Shown: positions 1 to 7,232, counted from the first letter of the stretch. The stretch: DNA of 32,000 nt from Candidatus Methylomirabilis limnetica (GCF_003044035.1 NZ_NVQC01000022.1:120001-152000), one strand, 5' to 3'. Made by a program: numbers and translations. Notes: a model not told the origin generated them from the letters alone.

Positions 1-1417
1 TGTTGCCCTGTCTTAACGCAAGCTGCCCCAGGATCATGTTGCCGTCATGCACTGCTGGTCCGTACTCCTCCTCACCCGTGTGCCGAGATGCGATTTCAAG
101 CAACTCAGTCGCAAAATTCTCAGCTTTCTTCAGCTCCCCAGCTTCAACTGCGGCTTTCGCAGCGTCACCCAGTATCATGGACCTCCACCCCTCATCAGGC
201 GCGCCTGGTATCGCTTGTTCCCACTGTGCCAGTTCTTTCTTGGCAAATTCGGTTTTTGCTTCAGTTGACTGAGCGCGCAGCCGCTCAAGCTTGTAGTGCC
301 GCCCTAAGCTCATGGCGTTCGACCCAGATCCTCCAGACCGTTTGAGGAGTTCCTCCGCGAGACCACGGTAATCCTGCTTGCTCAGCCCCGTCCCGTAAAT
401 CATGGACCCATATTGAGAAAGAGTACTCCCGGCCGCTAAAATAAGCGCGGCGTCTGATGATCTCCGCAGCTCTTCCCTGGCTTTTTTCGCAAACGCTCCG
501 GTCGTTTCAGCTGGATCCACAGATGTTGGAAGTCCGTTTTGATTCAGGCCATTCACGCCCATAATTCCCAGCGCGTAGAGATAGCCCAGGCTGGCGGACC
601 ATTCAGGGTTCTTCGGCTCAAGCACCTGCGCCCGCTTCAATGCGCTCTCCGCCAGTTCTTTGTCCGGAAGTTGAAAAAACTTCGCGGCGCTCCTCATCAC
701 TTTTGTGCTCGTCTTGTACCCCTCGACCTGCTTAAGCCACAGCGCCTTTGCCTGCCGATAGCCCTCCGGGTCCGCTAATGAGTGCCCTGCTGGGTCGATC
801 GTTGCCGCCGGCGTGCCAGCCAATTCGGCCTCTGGGCGGTTTTGGATGAGCCAGAGGATGTGCCGCCGGCGTGCCTCCAGCGTCACGGCCGCCCCGGACA
901 AACGGAGTGACCGCGCAAAATAATAATCGAGCAGGCGTGCCCGGGCATCCAGATCCTCCGGATTACGCTTCAGCCCGTCCTCCAACTGTTGGGCGTCTTC
1001 CCTGGACAAGTGCCGCCGCGCCTCCCTGGCCACCGTCTCCACTGCTGGCCCAGGAACACCTTGCTGTTTTTCCTGCCGAACGACATTCGGCTGGCCACGG
1101 TCTGGCGGCTCGGGCTCGAGGTCGTCGCAGCGCACGTAGCCGGCCCTTCGCGGCGAGGCCACCTCCGTGACTCGGCACCAGTGTCCCTGGGCATTGAGGA
1201 GGGCAAAATCGACCTGCACGATCGCGTCTCGCGCGAGAGCACTCAGCACCTTGCTCGTGGTGGCCATCTGGGCATAGAGGGGCACCCCGTCACGCTTCAC
1301 GGTTGCCCGTCCAGATAGCGCGTCCGCCTCCACCGTCCAGCCAACCGCGCCCGTCATGAGCCCGCACACAATGGCCCAGCGCAGCGCATGTACCCACAAT
1401 CGCCATGGCTCCTTCAT
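1..1417 (-). CDS. Secreted protein with an N-terminal signal peptide, a bacterial SH3-like domain and a helical (TPR/Sel1-like) repeat region. Partial: the C-terminus lies beyond the left edge.
   Basis: Absent from the ORF track because its stop is outside the window. Reading the reverse complement from ATG at 1417-1415 stays open for 472 codons down to position 2. The start is preceded by GGAGGA plus 5 nt. The N-terminus MKEPWRLWVHALRWAIVCGLMTGAVGWTVEADA is signal-peptide-like. The segment ATVKRDGVPLYAQMATTSKVLSALARDAIVQVDF..GHWCRVTEV..GYVRCDDLE is SH3b-like. The remainder is alpha-helical repeat in composition. The two listed minus ORFs at 963..1242 are in the other two frames. Confidence 0.6.
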   Translation of the reverse strand, partial: MKEPWRLWVHALRWAIVCGLMTGAVGWTVEADALSGRATVKRDGVPLYAQMATTSKVLSALARDAIVQVDFALLNAQGHWCRVTEVASPRRAGYVRCDDLEPEPPDRGQPNVVRQEKQQGVPGPAVETVAREARRHLSREDAQQLEDGLKRNPEDLDARARLLDYYFARSLRLSGAAVTLEARRRHILWLIQNRPEAELAGTPAATIDPAGHSLADPEGYRQAKALWLKQVEGYKTSTKVMRSAAKFFQLPDKELAESALKRAQVLEPKNPEWSASLGYLYALGIMGVNGLNQNGLPTSVDPAETTGAFAKKAREELRRSSDAALILAAGSTLSQYGSMIYGTGLSKQDYRGLAEELLKRSGGSGSNAMSLGRHYKLERLRAQSTEAKTEFAKKELAQWEQAIPGAPDEGWRSMILGDAAKAAVEAGELKKAENFATELLEIASRHTGEEEYGPAVHDGNMILGQLALRQGN

Positions 1418-1853
1418 AGCTTTCCTCCTGAGATGCCCCTGCCAACGCACCAAGAATCACCCCCTGCGACCTATCTTCCCATCACTCATCTCCCCCTGAG
1501 CGCTTCACTTTCAGTGATATATGGACAGTCACTCTCCCTTGAAATCCTTTCTTGGTCTTCCCCTCTGCAACATGCGTATTACTCGTCTAGTTTCCTGCGC
1601 ACCTCCCAGATGAACCCGTCTCTTCCGCAGCGGCCGCTATGTCATCGTGTGCCTTCGAATCGCGGTCGTGCCGAACGATCGCCAGGTGATCATTCCTTCG
1701 GTGCCTTACATGATACGGGTGACCGAATGCAACGATTCGAGTAATCCGTGGCATGCACGATCATGACCGCGAACACCACGAATTGTTACGATAATAGTGT
1801 CTGTCACTATTTTATTGTGTGCATTATGGCCAGTAGGCCCAATTGTTGTCACC

Positions 1854-1932
1854 GGTCATGAGAAACTGTACCAGGAATGGTCATGAAAAGTGTACCACCT
1901 TTAGGGGGCATTTCTCGTAAAAAAGCCGTACC
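1854..1932. repeat. Direct repeats GGTCATGA(G)AAANTGTACC x2, plus a degenerate third copy.
   Basis: Copy 1 is ggtcatgagaaactgtacc at 1854-1872. Copy 2 is ggtcatgaaaagtgtacc at 1879-1896. A partial copy, aaaaagccgtacc, lies at 1919-1932. All sit in a stretch of about 45-47% GC with no convincing ORF. Confidence 0.6.
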
Positions 1933-2053
1933 ATCGATCCCTCACACGAAACCAGGAGGGATGCGATGGAGGGAGTCGGAGTAGGAATTGATGATTAATT
2001 ACAACCCCCTCCACAGATCCCAGCGAACGGGATTACCGCACTGGGCTCTTGCC

Positions 2054-2389
2054 TCAGGTGACAACGCCAAGTCGCCTCAGGGGATAGGGATGGCAAATGC
2101 GTGGAGGGGGGGGCAGCCAGCGCCGAATGAGCCGCCGCATCCGCTCCCAGGCGATACGAGCGGTCTGGCTACGCCGCCGCAGCGTACGACACCGGAGTCG
2201 CCCAACCTGGAAACAGAACGTGAACAACGCCGGGCGGTTCATGGGCACCCCGTAGTGCCCCCACGTCTCGCCGTCGACCCCGGCGGCAGCGTCTCGCTTC
2301 AGCGCGACGTACGCCGCTTTCAGGTGCTAGACGTTGTAGACGTGGTGCAAGAGCGTCGTGAACCGCACCTGCTTGTCCCGCTCAGCCAC
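2054..2389 (-). pseudogene. Remnant of a group II intron-encoded reverse transcriptase/maturase: the N-terminal and C-terminal ends are joined, with an in-frame stop.
   Basis: The minus-strand frame reads VAERDKQVRFTTLLHHVYNV*HLKAAYVALKRDAAAGVDGETWGHYG, with the TAG at 2329-2327. The same frame continues into ..TLRRRSQTARIAWERMRRLIRRWLPPPPRICHPYPLRRLGVVT*. These match my memory of the conserved N-terminal (FTxLLHH..L..AY..LKR.AA.GVDG.TW) and C-terminal (RRRSQ..W.R...L..RWLP.P.I.HPYP) blocks of group II intron RTs. The RT finger/palm domains between them are missing. Confidence 0.55.
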
Positions 2390-2483
2390 TGAGGCTTGGC
2401 GCCTCGGAAGATGATGATAGTGTTGGGACATTAGCCTGCTATGTGCGTGGGAACGTGAGAGCGTCTCGGGCCATGTATGGACG

Positions 2484-2987
2484 TTACTCTACGCTGGGAT
2501 TGGTCGCCGTTGTGGCTCTTCGAGGCTGGTACATACGCGGATCGTAGTGGAAATCTCGCTCGATACGCATCGTCACCGTAGCAAATTCCGCGTGATTGGG
2601 ATTCAGGACCGCGATCTGTTCTTCCCTGACGAGTGCTGAGGGGAGGTAGAGGACCAGCGAGCGGCTTTCCCTGGCCCATTTCATCCCGAATGCCATGCTT
2701 GCCGGTCCCGCTGGTACGAGATCCCAGCCTTCGGGAAGGTTGGTCAGCGCTGGTTGTTCTGCCGAATGGTCGTCAGGCAACACCACTCGAACAAGGACAA
2801 GGTCCCGTGGCACGATGCCGGCAACGTGCACAAATCTCTCCAATGCCGCAATGGCGATGGTGCGGCCAGCGTAAATGACGGCGGTTCCGGGGTAGTTCCA
2901 GCGCCCGCCGTCTTCGCGTGCGCCAACCCCAAGCCTGTCGAGCGCGTACGGACGCCGCGCGATCCGCCAGACGGCGGCGCGCGCCAC
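2484..2987 (-). CDS. RES-domain toxin of a RES/Xre (ParST, MbcTA-type) toxin-antitoxin pair.
   Basis: 167 aa. It has the GGRWN motif (REDGGRWNYPGTAVIYA) and LYLPSALVREEQIAVLNPNH, both typical of RES-domain proteins. The GTG start at 2987 overlaps the TAG stop of the upstream antitoxin by 1 nt (TAGTG). Confidence 0.8.
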   Translation of the reverse strand: MARAAVWRIARRPYALDRLGVGAREDGGRWNYPGTAVIYAGRTIAIAALERFVHVAGIVPRDLVLVRVVLPDDHSAEQPALTNLPEGWDLVPAGPASMAFGMKWARESRSLVLYLPSALVREEQIAVLNPNHAEFATVTMRIERDFHYDPRMYQPRRATTATNPSVE

Positions 2988-3517
2988 TAGAATGTTCCAC
3001 CATAATTGATCGACGACAGGATCCTACGAACCTCGTCGGCGCCTGGTTCGGTATCCAACATAGATAATGGCGTGATACCGCCCAATGCCAGGTTCGACCT
3101 CGTGAGCCACTGAGCTGCCGGTTCCTGTCCGCCAAAGGTCTCTTGCGCCATCCGCATGATGTCAGCAACCCGTACCACGCGTTCGGAGGCTGCGGCATTG
3201 AGTCGTCGTTTGTCCTTGATCAGTTTATGGGCGGTGCTATCGGGCGTGTGGAGGACCTGAAAGATGACGTGCTTTGACACGCCGAGGTACTCGACCATGT
3301 CATCGACGACACGAGCGGCGACTCCGCCTCGAATGAGGTCAATCTTCTCTGCGAGGGGTGTCTCGTGAGACACAAACGTCTTGAACGCCATGACGCCCTT
3401 CTTCATTGGCACACGTCGTCTGCTACGCGTCGAAGAACCCGGTCGGTCCGCTACGGCTGGGCCGATCGTCCCTGAGTGTTGCGATATCTGTGGTGCCCTG
3501 CGGGGCAGTCTGGACAT
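2987..3517 (-). CDS. Xre-like / DUF2384 antitoxin partner of the RES toxin.
   Basis: 176 aa. The C-terminal part, AQWLTRSNLALGGITPLSMLDTEPGADEVRRILSSINYGGTF, is the DUF2384 signature. An HTH-like segment (MVEYLGVSKHVIFQVL) lies upstream of it. The ATG at 3517 is preceded by GGAGGGAG plus 6 nt. Internal ATGs at 3406 and 3391 lack an SD. Confidence 0.8.
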   Translation of the reverse strand: MSRLPRRAPQISQHSGTIGPAVADRPGSSTRSRRRVPMKKGVMAFKTFVSHETPLAEKIDLIRGGVAARVVDDMVEYLGVSKHVIFQVLHTPDSTAHKLIKDKRRLNAAASERVVRVADIMRMAQETFGGQEPAAQWLTRSNLALGGITPLSMLDTEPGADEVRRILSSINYGGTF

Positions 3518-3538
3518 GGTGTGCTCCCTCCTGCCTTG

Positions 3539-3568
3539 TAGGGTAGCTCCCTATGGAGAGATTGTCAA
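3539..3568 (-). promoter_or_regulatory. Putative promoter/operator of the toxin-antitoxin operon.
   Basis: On the minus strand there is a TTGACA at 3568-3563, a 17-nt spacer, then a poor -10 (TACCCT). The inverted repeat TAGGG-TAGCT-CCCTA at 3539-3553 overlaps the -10 region. This is where antitoxin autoregulation operators commonly sit. Confidence 0.3.
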
Positions 3569-3801
3569 CTCCAAAAAGATAGTACGGGAGTGGCGGGGCT
3601 ACGCATGGCGGGATAGACGTTTCAATCGAGGTGTTAGTCAACTCGTGGCTTGCGAACCGGCTTGCATGCCACCTGGTTCTACCGGGCGATAGTTGACCTA
3701 CCTCCATAAGCAACAGACCGGTCAACCGATATATGTGATCAGACTCCGTACAACAAAACACCGCAAGCTATTCCTGATCACCATGATCACTGTAAAGATG
3801 T

Positions 3802-4218
3802 TTAGGTAATGATGGAGCCTACACTTTTCATGATCTCATTCCAGAATGTATCGACTCCAAAGTCCAGGAGATACTCATCTAACCAGCCACGTGGCGGGCC
3901 ATAGAACGTGCCGCTCCGGACATCGACGCAGCCAAATCGTGGTTTGTGGCATAAGCTGCTTTTTCGCTGATTGAGGGCTCGAATCGTTTCGATGATTTGC
4001 CGCTGTGGCGATTCAAGCACAAAAATCAGGAGACCTTCATTATTTCTCTGGCCCTGCTCAATCCAAGCCTTCCATTCTTGATAAGCATTTTCAATAGCAT
4101 CGGGATTCTCATGGCCTGGTAGAAACCCGAGGTTTTCTTTGCACATCCGCCTGCTCATCGGCAGGCCGATACACGTGTTCCCCGGAGCGCGGAATTCAGT
4201 TCCGCATTCCCCGTTCAC
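3802..4218 (-). CDS. Hypothetical protein (orphan, low GC).
   Basis: The ORF is 138 aa from GTG at 4218. Alternative ATG starts are at 4158 and 4146, and none has a clear SD. I recognise no motif. Hand counts on 60-nt lines give about 42-55% GC, against about 57% in flanking core genes. Confidence 0.45.
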   Translation of the reverse strand: MNGECGTEFRAPGNTCIGLPMSRRMCKENLGFLPGHENPDAIENAYQEWKAWIEQGQRNNEGLLIFVLESPQRQIIETIRALNQRKSSLCHKPRFGCVDVRSGTFYGPPRGWLDEYLLDFGVDTFWNEIMKSVGSIIT

Positions 4219-4305
4219 ACTCGAGAAGCTTCACAGAACTTTCACAATATGGGAAGGATCGTACGAAAGGAGAAGAAGCAGAGGCGTGTAACTTACTAGA
4301 AGTAG

Positions 4306-4392
4306 TGGTGCCGGGGGCGGGAATTGAACCCGCATAGGCCGAAGCCCGCAGGATTTTAAGTCCCGTGCGTCTGCCAGTTCCGCCACCCCGGC
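4306..4392 (-). tRNA. tRNA-Leu (anticodon UAA), long variable arm, CCA encoded.
   Basis: The reverse complement is GCCGGGGTGGCGGAACTGGCAGACGCACGGGACTTAAAATCCTGCGGGCTTCGGCCTATGCGGGTTCAATTCCCGCCCCCGGCACCA. The acceptor stem is GCCGGGG/CCCCGGC, the anticodon loop is CTTAAAA and the T-loop is TTCAATT. Confidence 0.95.
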
Positions 4393-4502
4393 AGCATCCT
4401 TTCGTGTACTATGGCCCGCTTCGAAGCAGTGGTTGAACCTTCCACCATTGCTCTGGTGTGTTTAACGCCTTCCCCTTCTCGATGGTTCTGATTCGAATTG
4501 GG

Positions 4503-4578
4503 TGGAGGCGGCGGGCGGACTCGAACCGCCGAATAAAGGTTTTGCAGACCTCTGCCTTAGCCACTTGGCTACGCCGCC
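4503..4578 (-). tRNA. tRNA-Cys (anticodon GCA), CCA encoded.
   Basis: The reverse complement is GGCGGCGTAGCCAAGTGGCTAAGGCAGAGGTCTGCAAAACCTTTATTCGGCGGTTCGAGTCCGCCCGCCGCCTCCA. It folds as a cloverleaf with anticodon loop CTGCAAA. Confidence 0.95.
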
Positions 4579-4706
4579 ATGAGATAAGCAATGATGACGT
4601 GATTCAGTAATTGGGTCGGTAAGAAATAATGGGTGGGTACGATCTTGGACAATATGCGTGATTACATCATGCATCTACTCGATAACGGTTTCGTCTGTCG
4701 CAATAT

Positions 4707-4781
4707 TGGAGCGGGAAACGGGATTCGAACCCGCGACCCTCGCCTTGGCAAGGCGATGCTCTACCACTGAGCTATTCCCGC
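4707..4781 (-). tRNA. tRNA-Gly (anticodon GCC), CCA encoded.
   Basis: The reverse complement is GCGGGAATAGCTCAGTGGTAGAGCATCGCCTTGCCAAGGCGAGGGTCGCGGGTTCGAATCCCGTTTCCCGCTCCA. The anticodon loop is TTGCCAA. Confidence 0.95.
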
Positions 4782-4792
4782 GCTAGCAAGAG

Positions 4793-4821
4793 ACTATAGC
4801 GTCGGCGGTCCAGACTGTCAA
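4793..4821 (-). promoter_or_regulatory. Sigma70-type promoter of the tRNA Gly-Cys-Leu operon.
   Basis: The minus strand reads TTGACA (4821-4816), a 17-nt spacer, then TATAGT (4798-4793). The mature 5' end of tRNA-Gly lies 11 nt downstream of the -10 hexamer. Confidence 0.6.
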
Positions 4822-4840
4822 ACGAAAACCGCCAAACCAA

Positions 4841-5905
4841 CTAGAGCGACAGGAGCTTCAGGACAGCCTCGGGATCGGCCTTCACCGTGACGGGCTGCTG
4901 TGAAAGGCGGATGGCGGCATCGGGTTCTTTCAGGCCGTGCCCGGTGAGTACGCATACCACTACCGCATCCTTCTGGAGGCGGTTCGATCGGCAAAATTTG
5001 ATGAGCCCGGCCACCGAGGCGGCCGATGCCAACTCACAGAAGACCCCTTCGGTCCGGGCCAGAAGGCGATAGGCGTCGATAATCTCGCTATCAGAAACCA
5101 TATCAATCCGCCCTCCGGACTCGGCAGCAGCAGCCATCGCCCCATGCCGGCTCGCGGGATTACCGATCCGGATGGCCGTCGCAACGGTCTCGGGCTGCTC
5201 GACCACCTTTCCCAGGACGATAGGCGCCGCGCCTTCGGCCTGCCATCCCATCATCTTCGGCAGCGCGTTGATCTGTCCGGCCTTGTAATATTCCTGGTAC
5301 CCCTTCCAGTACGCAGTAATATTGCCCGCATTGCCGACCGGAATAAAATGGTAGTCCGGGCTTCGGCCGAGCCAGTCGCAGATCTCAAAGGCGCCACTCT
5401 TCTGACCCTCGATCCGGTACGGGTTGACCGAGTTGACCAGCACGATGGGCTGATCCGCAGCAACCTGCCTCACGATCTGCAGGGCTAGGTCAAAGTTGCC
5501 CTCGATCTGTAGCACCTGCGCGCCATGGATCATCGCCTGAGCAAGCTTGCCCAGCGCGATCTTCCCCTCTGGGATCAGCACATAGGCACGCAGTCCTGCC
5601 CGAGCCGCATATGCCGAGGCAGAGGCCGAGGTATTCCCAGTCGAGGCGCAGATGACGGCCCTCGCCCCTTCCTCCACCGCCTTACTGATGGCGAGGGTCA
5701 TCCCCCTGTCCTTGAAGGAGCCCGTTGGGTTGAGCCCCTCATACTTCAAATACACCTCCGCCTCAACCCCAAGTGCGGATTGGAGCCGTTCGGCGCGCAC
5801 GAGCGGCGTATTCCCCTCATTCAGGGTGACGATCGGCGTCCGATCGGTGACGGGCAGAAATGCCCTGTACCGATCAATGATCCCTTTCCAGCTCATTGTC
5901 CGCAT
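4841..5905 (-). CDS. thrC: Threonine synthase.
   Basis: PLP-lysine region NPTGSFKDRGMT. The N-terminus MRTMSWKGIIDRYRAFLPVTDRTPIVTLNEGNTPL is typical. The start is trimmed to ATG 5905 so that it does not overlap hom, whose stop is at 5913. ATG 5896 is also possible. Confidence 0.9.
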   Translation of the reverse strand: MRTMSWKGIIDRYRAFLPVTDRTPIVTLNEGNTPLVRAERLQSALGVEAEVYLKYEGLNPTGSFKDRGMTLAISKAVEEGARAVICASTGNTSASASAYAARAGLRAYVLIPEGKIALGKLAQAMIHGAQVLQIEGNFDLALQIVRQVAADQPIVLVNSVNPYRIEGQKSGAFEICDWLGRSPDYHFIPVGNAGNITAYWKGYQEYYKAGQINALPKMMGWQAEGAAPIVLGKVVEQPETVATAIRIGNPASRHGAMAAAAESGGRIDMVSDSEIIDAYRLLARTEGVFCELASAASVAGLIKFCRSNRLQKDAVVVCVLTGHGLKEPDAAIRLSQQPVTVKADPEAVLKLLSL

Positions 5906-5912
5906 GACAGGC

Positions 5913-7217
5913 TCAATCGGTGACTCCCTCGACCCTGAGGCACATGGTTGGCCGATCCACCACATCGAGTTGATCGATGGCCAGAAGCGACCGTTGCATA
6001 TCGCCCTCTACCGCCTCATGGGTCATCATGACGATCGGCACGGCGCTCTGCTCCTCACGTCCCTTTTGGATGACGGATACGAGGCTGATGTTGTTGCTGC
6101 CCAGGATCCCGGTGACCCTTGAGAGTACCCCTGGCTTGTCGATCGCCATGATCCTGAGGTAGTAGCAGGAGCGGACGGACGCCATGTCCTTGATCTTGGC
6201 CTCTGCATCGGAGATCGGTGGAGGCGGAACGCCCCTTGCGGTTGGATCGTGCAGCAGGCCCCTGGCGATCTCCGCAATGTCGCTGACGACCGCTGAGGCG
6301 GTTGGCATCTGGCCCGCTCCTCTCCCGTAGAACATCAGGGAACCCACCGCGTCGCCGACAACGTAGACAGCGTTGTGGACACCGCCGACTGCGGCCAGCA
6401 GGTTATCTTCTGGAATGAGTGCCGGATGCACTCTTGCCTCCAGCTCGCCATTACGCTGCTTGGCAATCGCCAGGAGCTTAATCCGATATCCCAGCTCGCG
6501 GGCGTATTCGATGTCGGAGGCATCGATCTGTCTGATCCCCTCGACATGAATCCGATCGAAGGGGACATAGGCTCCGAACGCCAGTGTCGCCAGGATCTGG
6601 AGCTTGTGGGCGGAGTCGATCCCGTCCACATCAAAGGAGGGATTGGCCTCGGCATAGCCATGGGCTTGAGCCTCGGCCAGCACCTCGGCGAAGGGCCGCT
6701 TACTTTCCGTCATCGTTGTGAGGATGTAATTACAGGTACCGTTCACAATTCCGATGATCGAGCGGACCCGATCGGCCACTAACCCATCTTTCATCGCCCG
6801 GATCAGAGGAATACCACCGCAGACGCTGGCCTCAAACCCGATCGATACTCGTTGTGCCGCAGCGGTCCGATAGAGTTCAAGCCCGTGAGTGGCCAGGAGC
6901 GCCTTGTTGGCTGTCACCAGATGCTTCTTCCGGTTGAGCGCCTCCCGGCAAAACCTGAGCGCGACATCACAGCCCCCAATCAGTTCGACGATGATGTCGA
7001 TCTCGGGATCCTCCAGCACAGCCGTCGCATCCGTAGTCAGTAGCGTAGGGTCCACCTCTACGTTTCGCCTTCGATGGATATCGACGTCGGCGATCCGGCG
7101 GATCACAACCCTTCCGCCGAGCCGCTGCTGCAGGAGATCCCCGTTTTCCTGAATCAGCTTCACGACCCCGGATCCCACCGTCCCACACCCCAAGATCCCG
7201 ATCTGGATAGATTTCAT
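5913..7217 (-). CDS. hom: Homoserine dehydrogenase with a C-terminal ACT domain.
   Basis: 434 aa. It has a Rossmann N-terminus, IGILGCGTVGSGV. The catalytic-region and ACT-like C-terminus also fit. A GGGAGG SD lies upstream of ATG 7217. Confidence 0.92.
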   Translation of the reverse strand: MKSIQIGILGCGTVGSGVVKLIQENGDLLQQRLGGRVVIRRIADVDIHRRRNVEVDPTLLTTDATAVLEDPEIDIIVELIGGCDVALRFCREALNRKKHLVTANKALLATHGLELYRTAAAQRVSIGFEASVCGGIPLIRAMKDGLVADRVRSIIGIVNGTCNYILTTMTESKRPFAEVLAEAQAHGYAEANPSFDVDGIDSAHKLQILATLAFGAYVPFDRIHVEGIRQIDASDIEYARELGYRIKLLAIAKQRNGELEARVHPALIPEDNLLAAVGGVHNAVYVVGDAVGSLMFYGRGAGQMPTASAVVSDIAEIARGLLHDPTARGVPPPPISDAEAKIKDMASVRSCYYLRIMAIDKPGVLSRVTGILGSNNISLVSVIQKGREEQSAVPIVMMTHEAVEGDMQRSLLAIDQLDVVDRPTMCLRVEGVTD

Positions 7218-7232
7218 CGCACGCCTCCCGCC

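Noticed and set aside
3-1318. A stack of overlapping plus-strand ORFs (3-272, 47-268, 88-345, 539-778, 871-1170, 989-1318), plus minus-strand ORFs at 963-1242.
   Set aside because: All are explained as shadows of the unlisted 472-codon minus-strand ORF that runs off the left edge. They are short, mutually overlapping and low-complexity.
1388-1744. A 118-aa plus-strand ORF rich in Pro, Ser and Leu.
   Set aside because: It overlaps the start and SD of the minus-strand gene at 1417, is low-complexity, and has no SD and no motif.
1418-1790. A riboswitch or leader RNA upstream of the SH3-protein gene.
   Set aside because: Several 5-bp hairpins are present, but I could not recognise a conserved riboswitch core (B12 box, c-di-GMP, SAM, TPP and others). 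Deciding this needs a covariance-model scan.
1965-1995. A possible att-like partial copy of the tRNA-Leu 3' end: aggaattga against gggaattgaacc.
   Set aside because: Only about 8 contiguous matching bases and about 11 of 21 overall. That is indistinguishable from chance, so there is no supported attL/attR pair in this window.
1700-2053. Group II intron domain V/VI downstream of the RT remnant.
   Set aside because: I found only a bulged hairpin, CCATCG-ca-TCCCTC(12-nt loop)GAGGGA-t-CGATGG, at about 1934-1968. It lacks the AGC triad, the GNRA tetraloop and the 34-nt geometry of domain V.
1988-2392. A 134-aa plus-strand ORF.
   Set aside because: It is the antisense of the group II intron RT remnant, whose minus-strand translation carries recognisable RT motifs.
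4409-4674. ORFs at 4409-4591 and 4462-4674 on the minus strand.
   Set aside because: They run through tRNA-Cys and the inter-tRNA spacers, so they are not credible coding regions.
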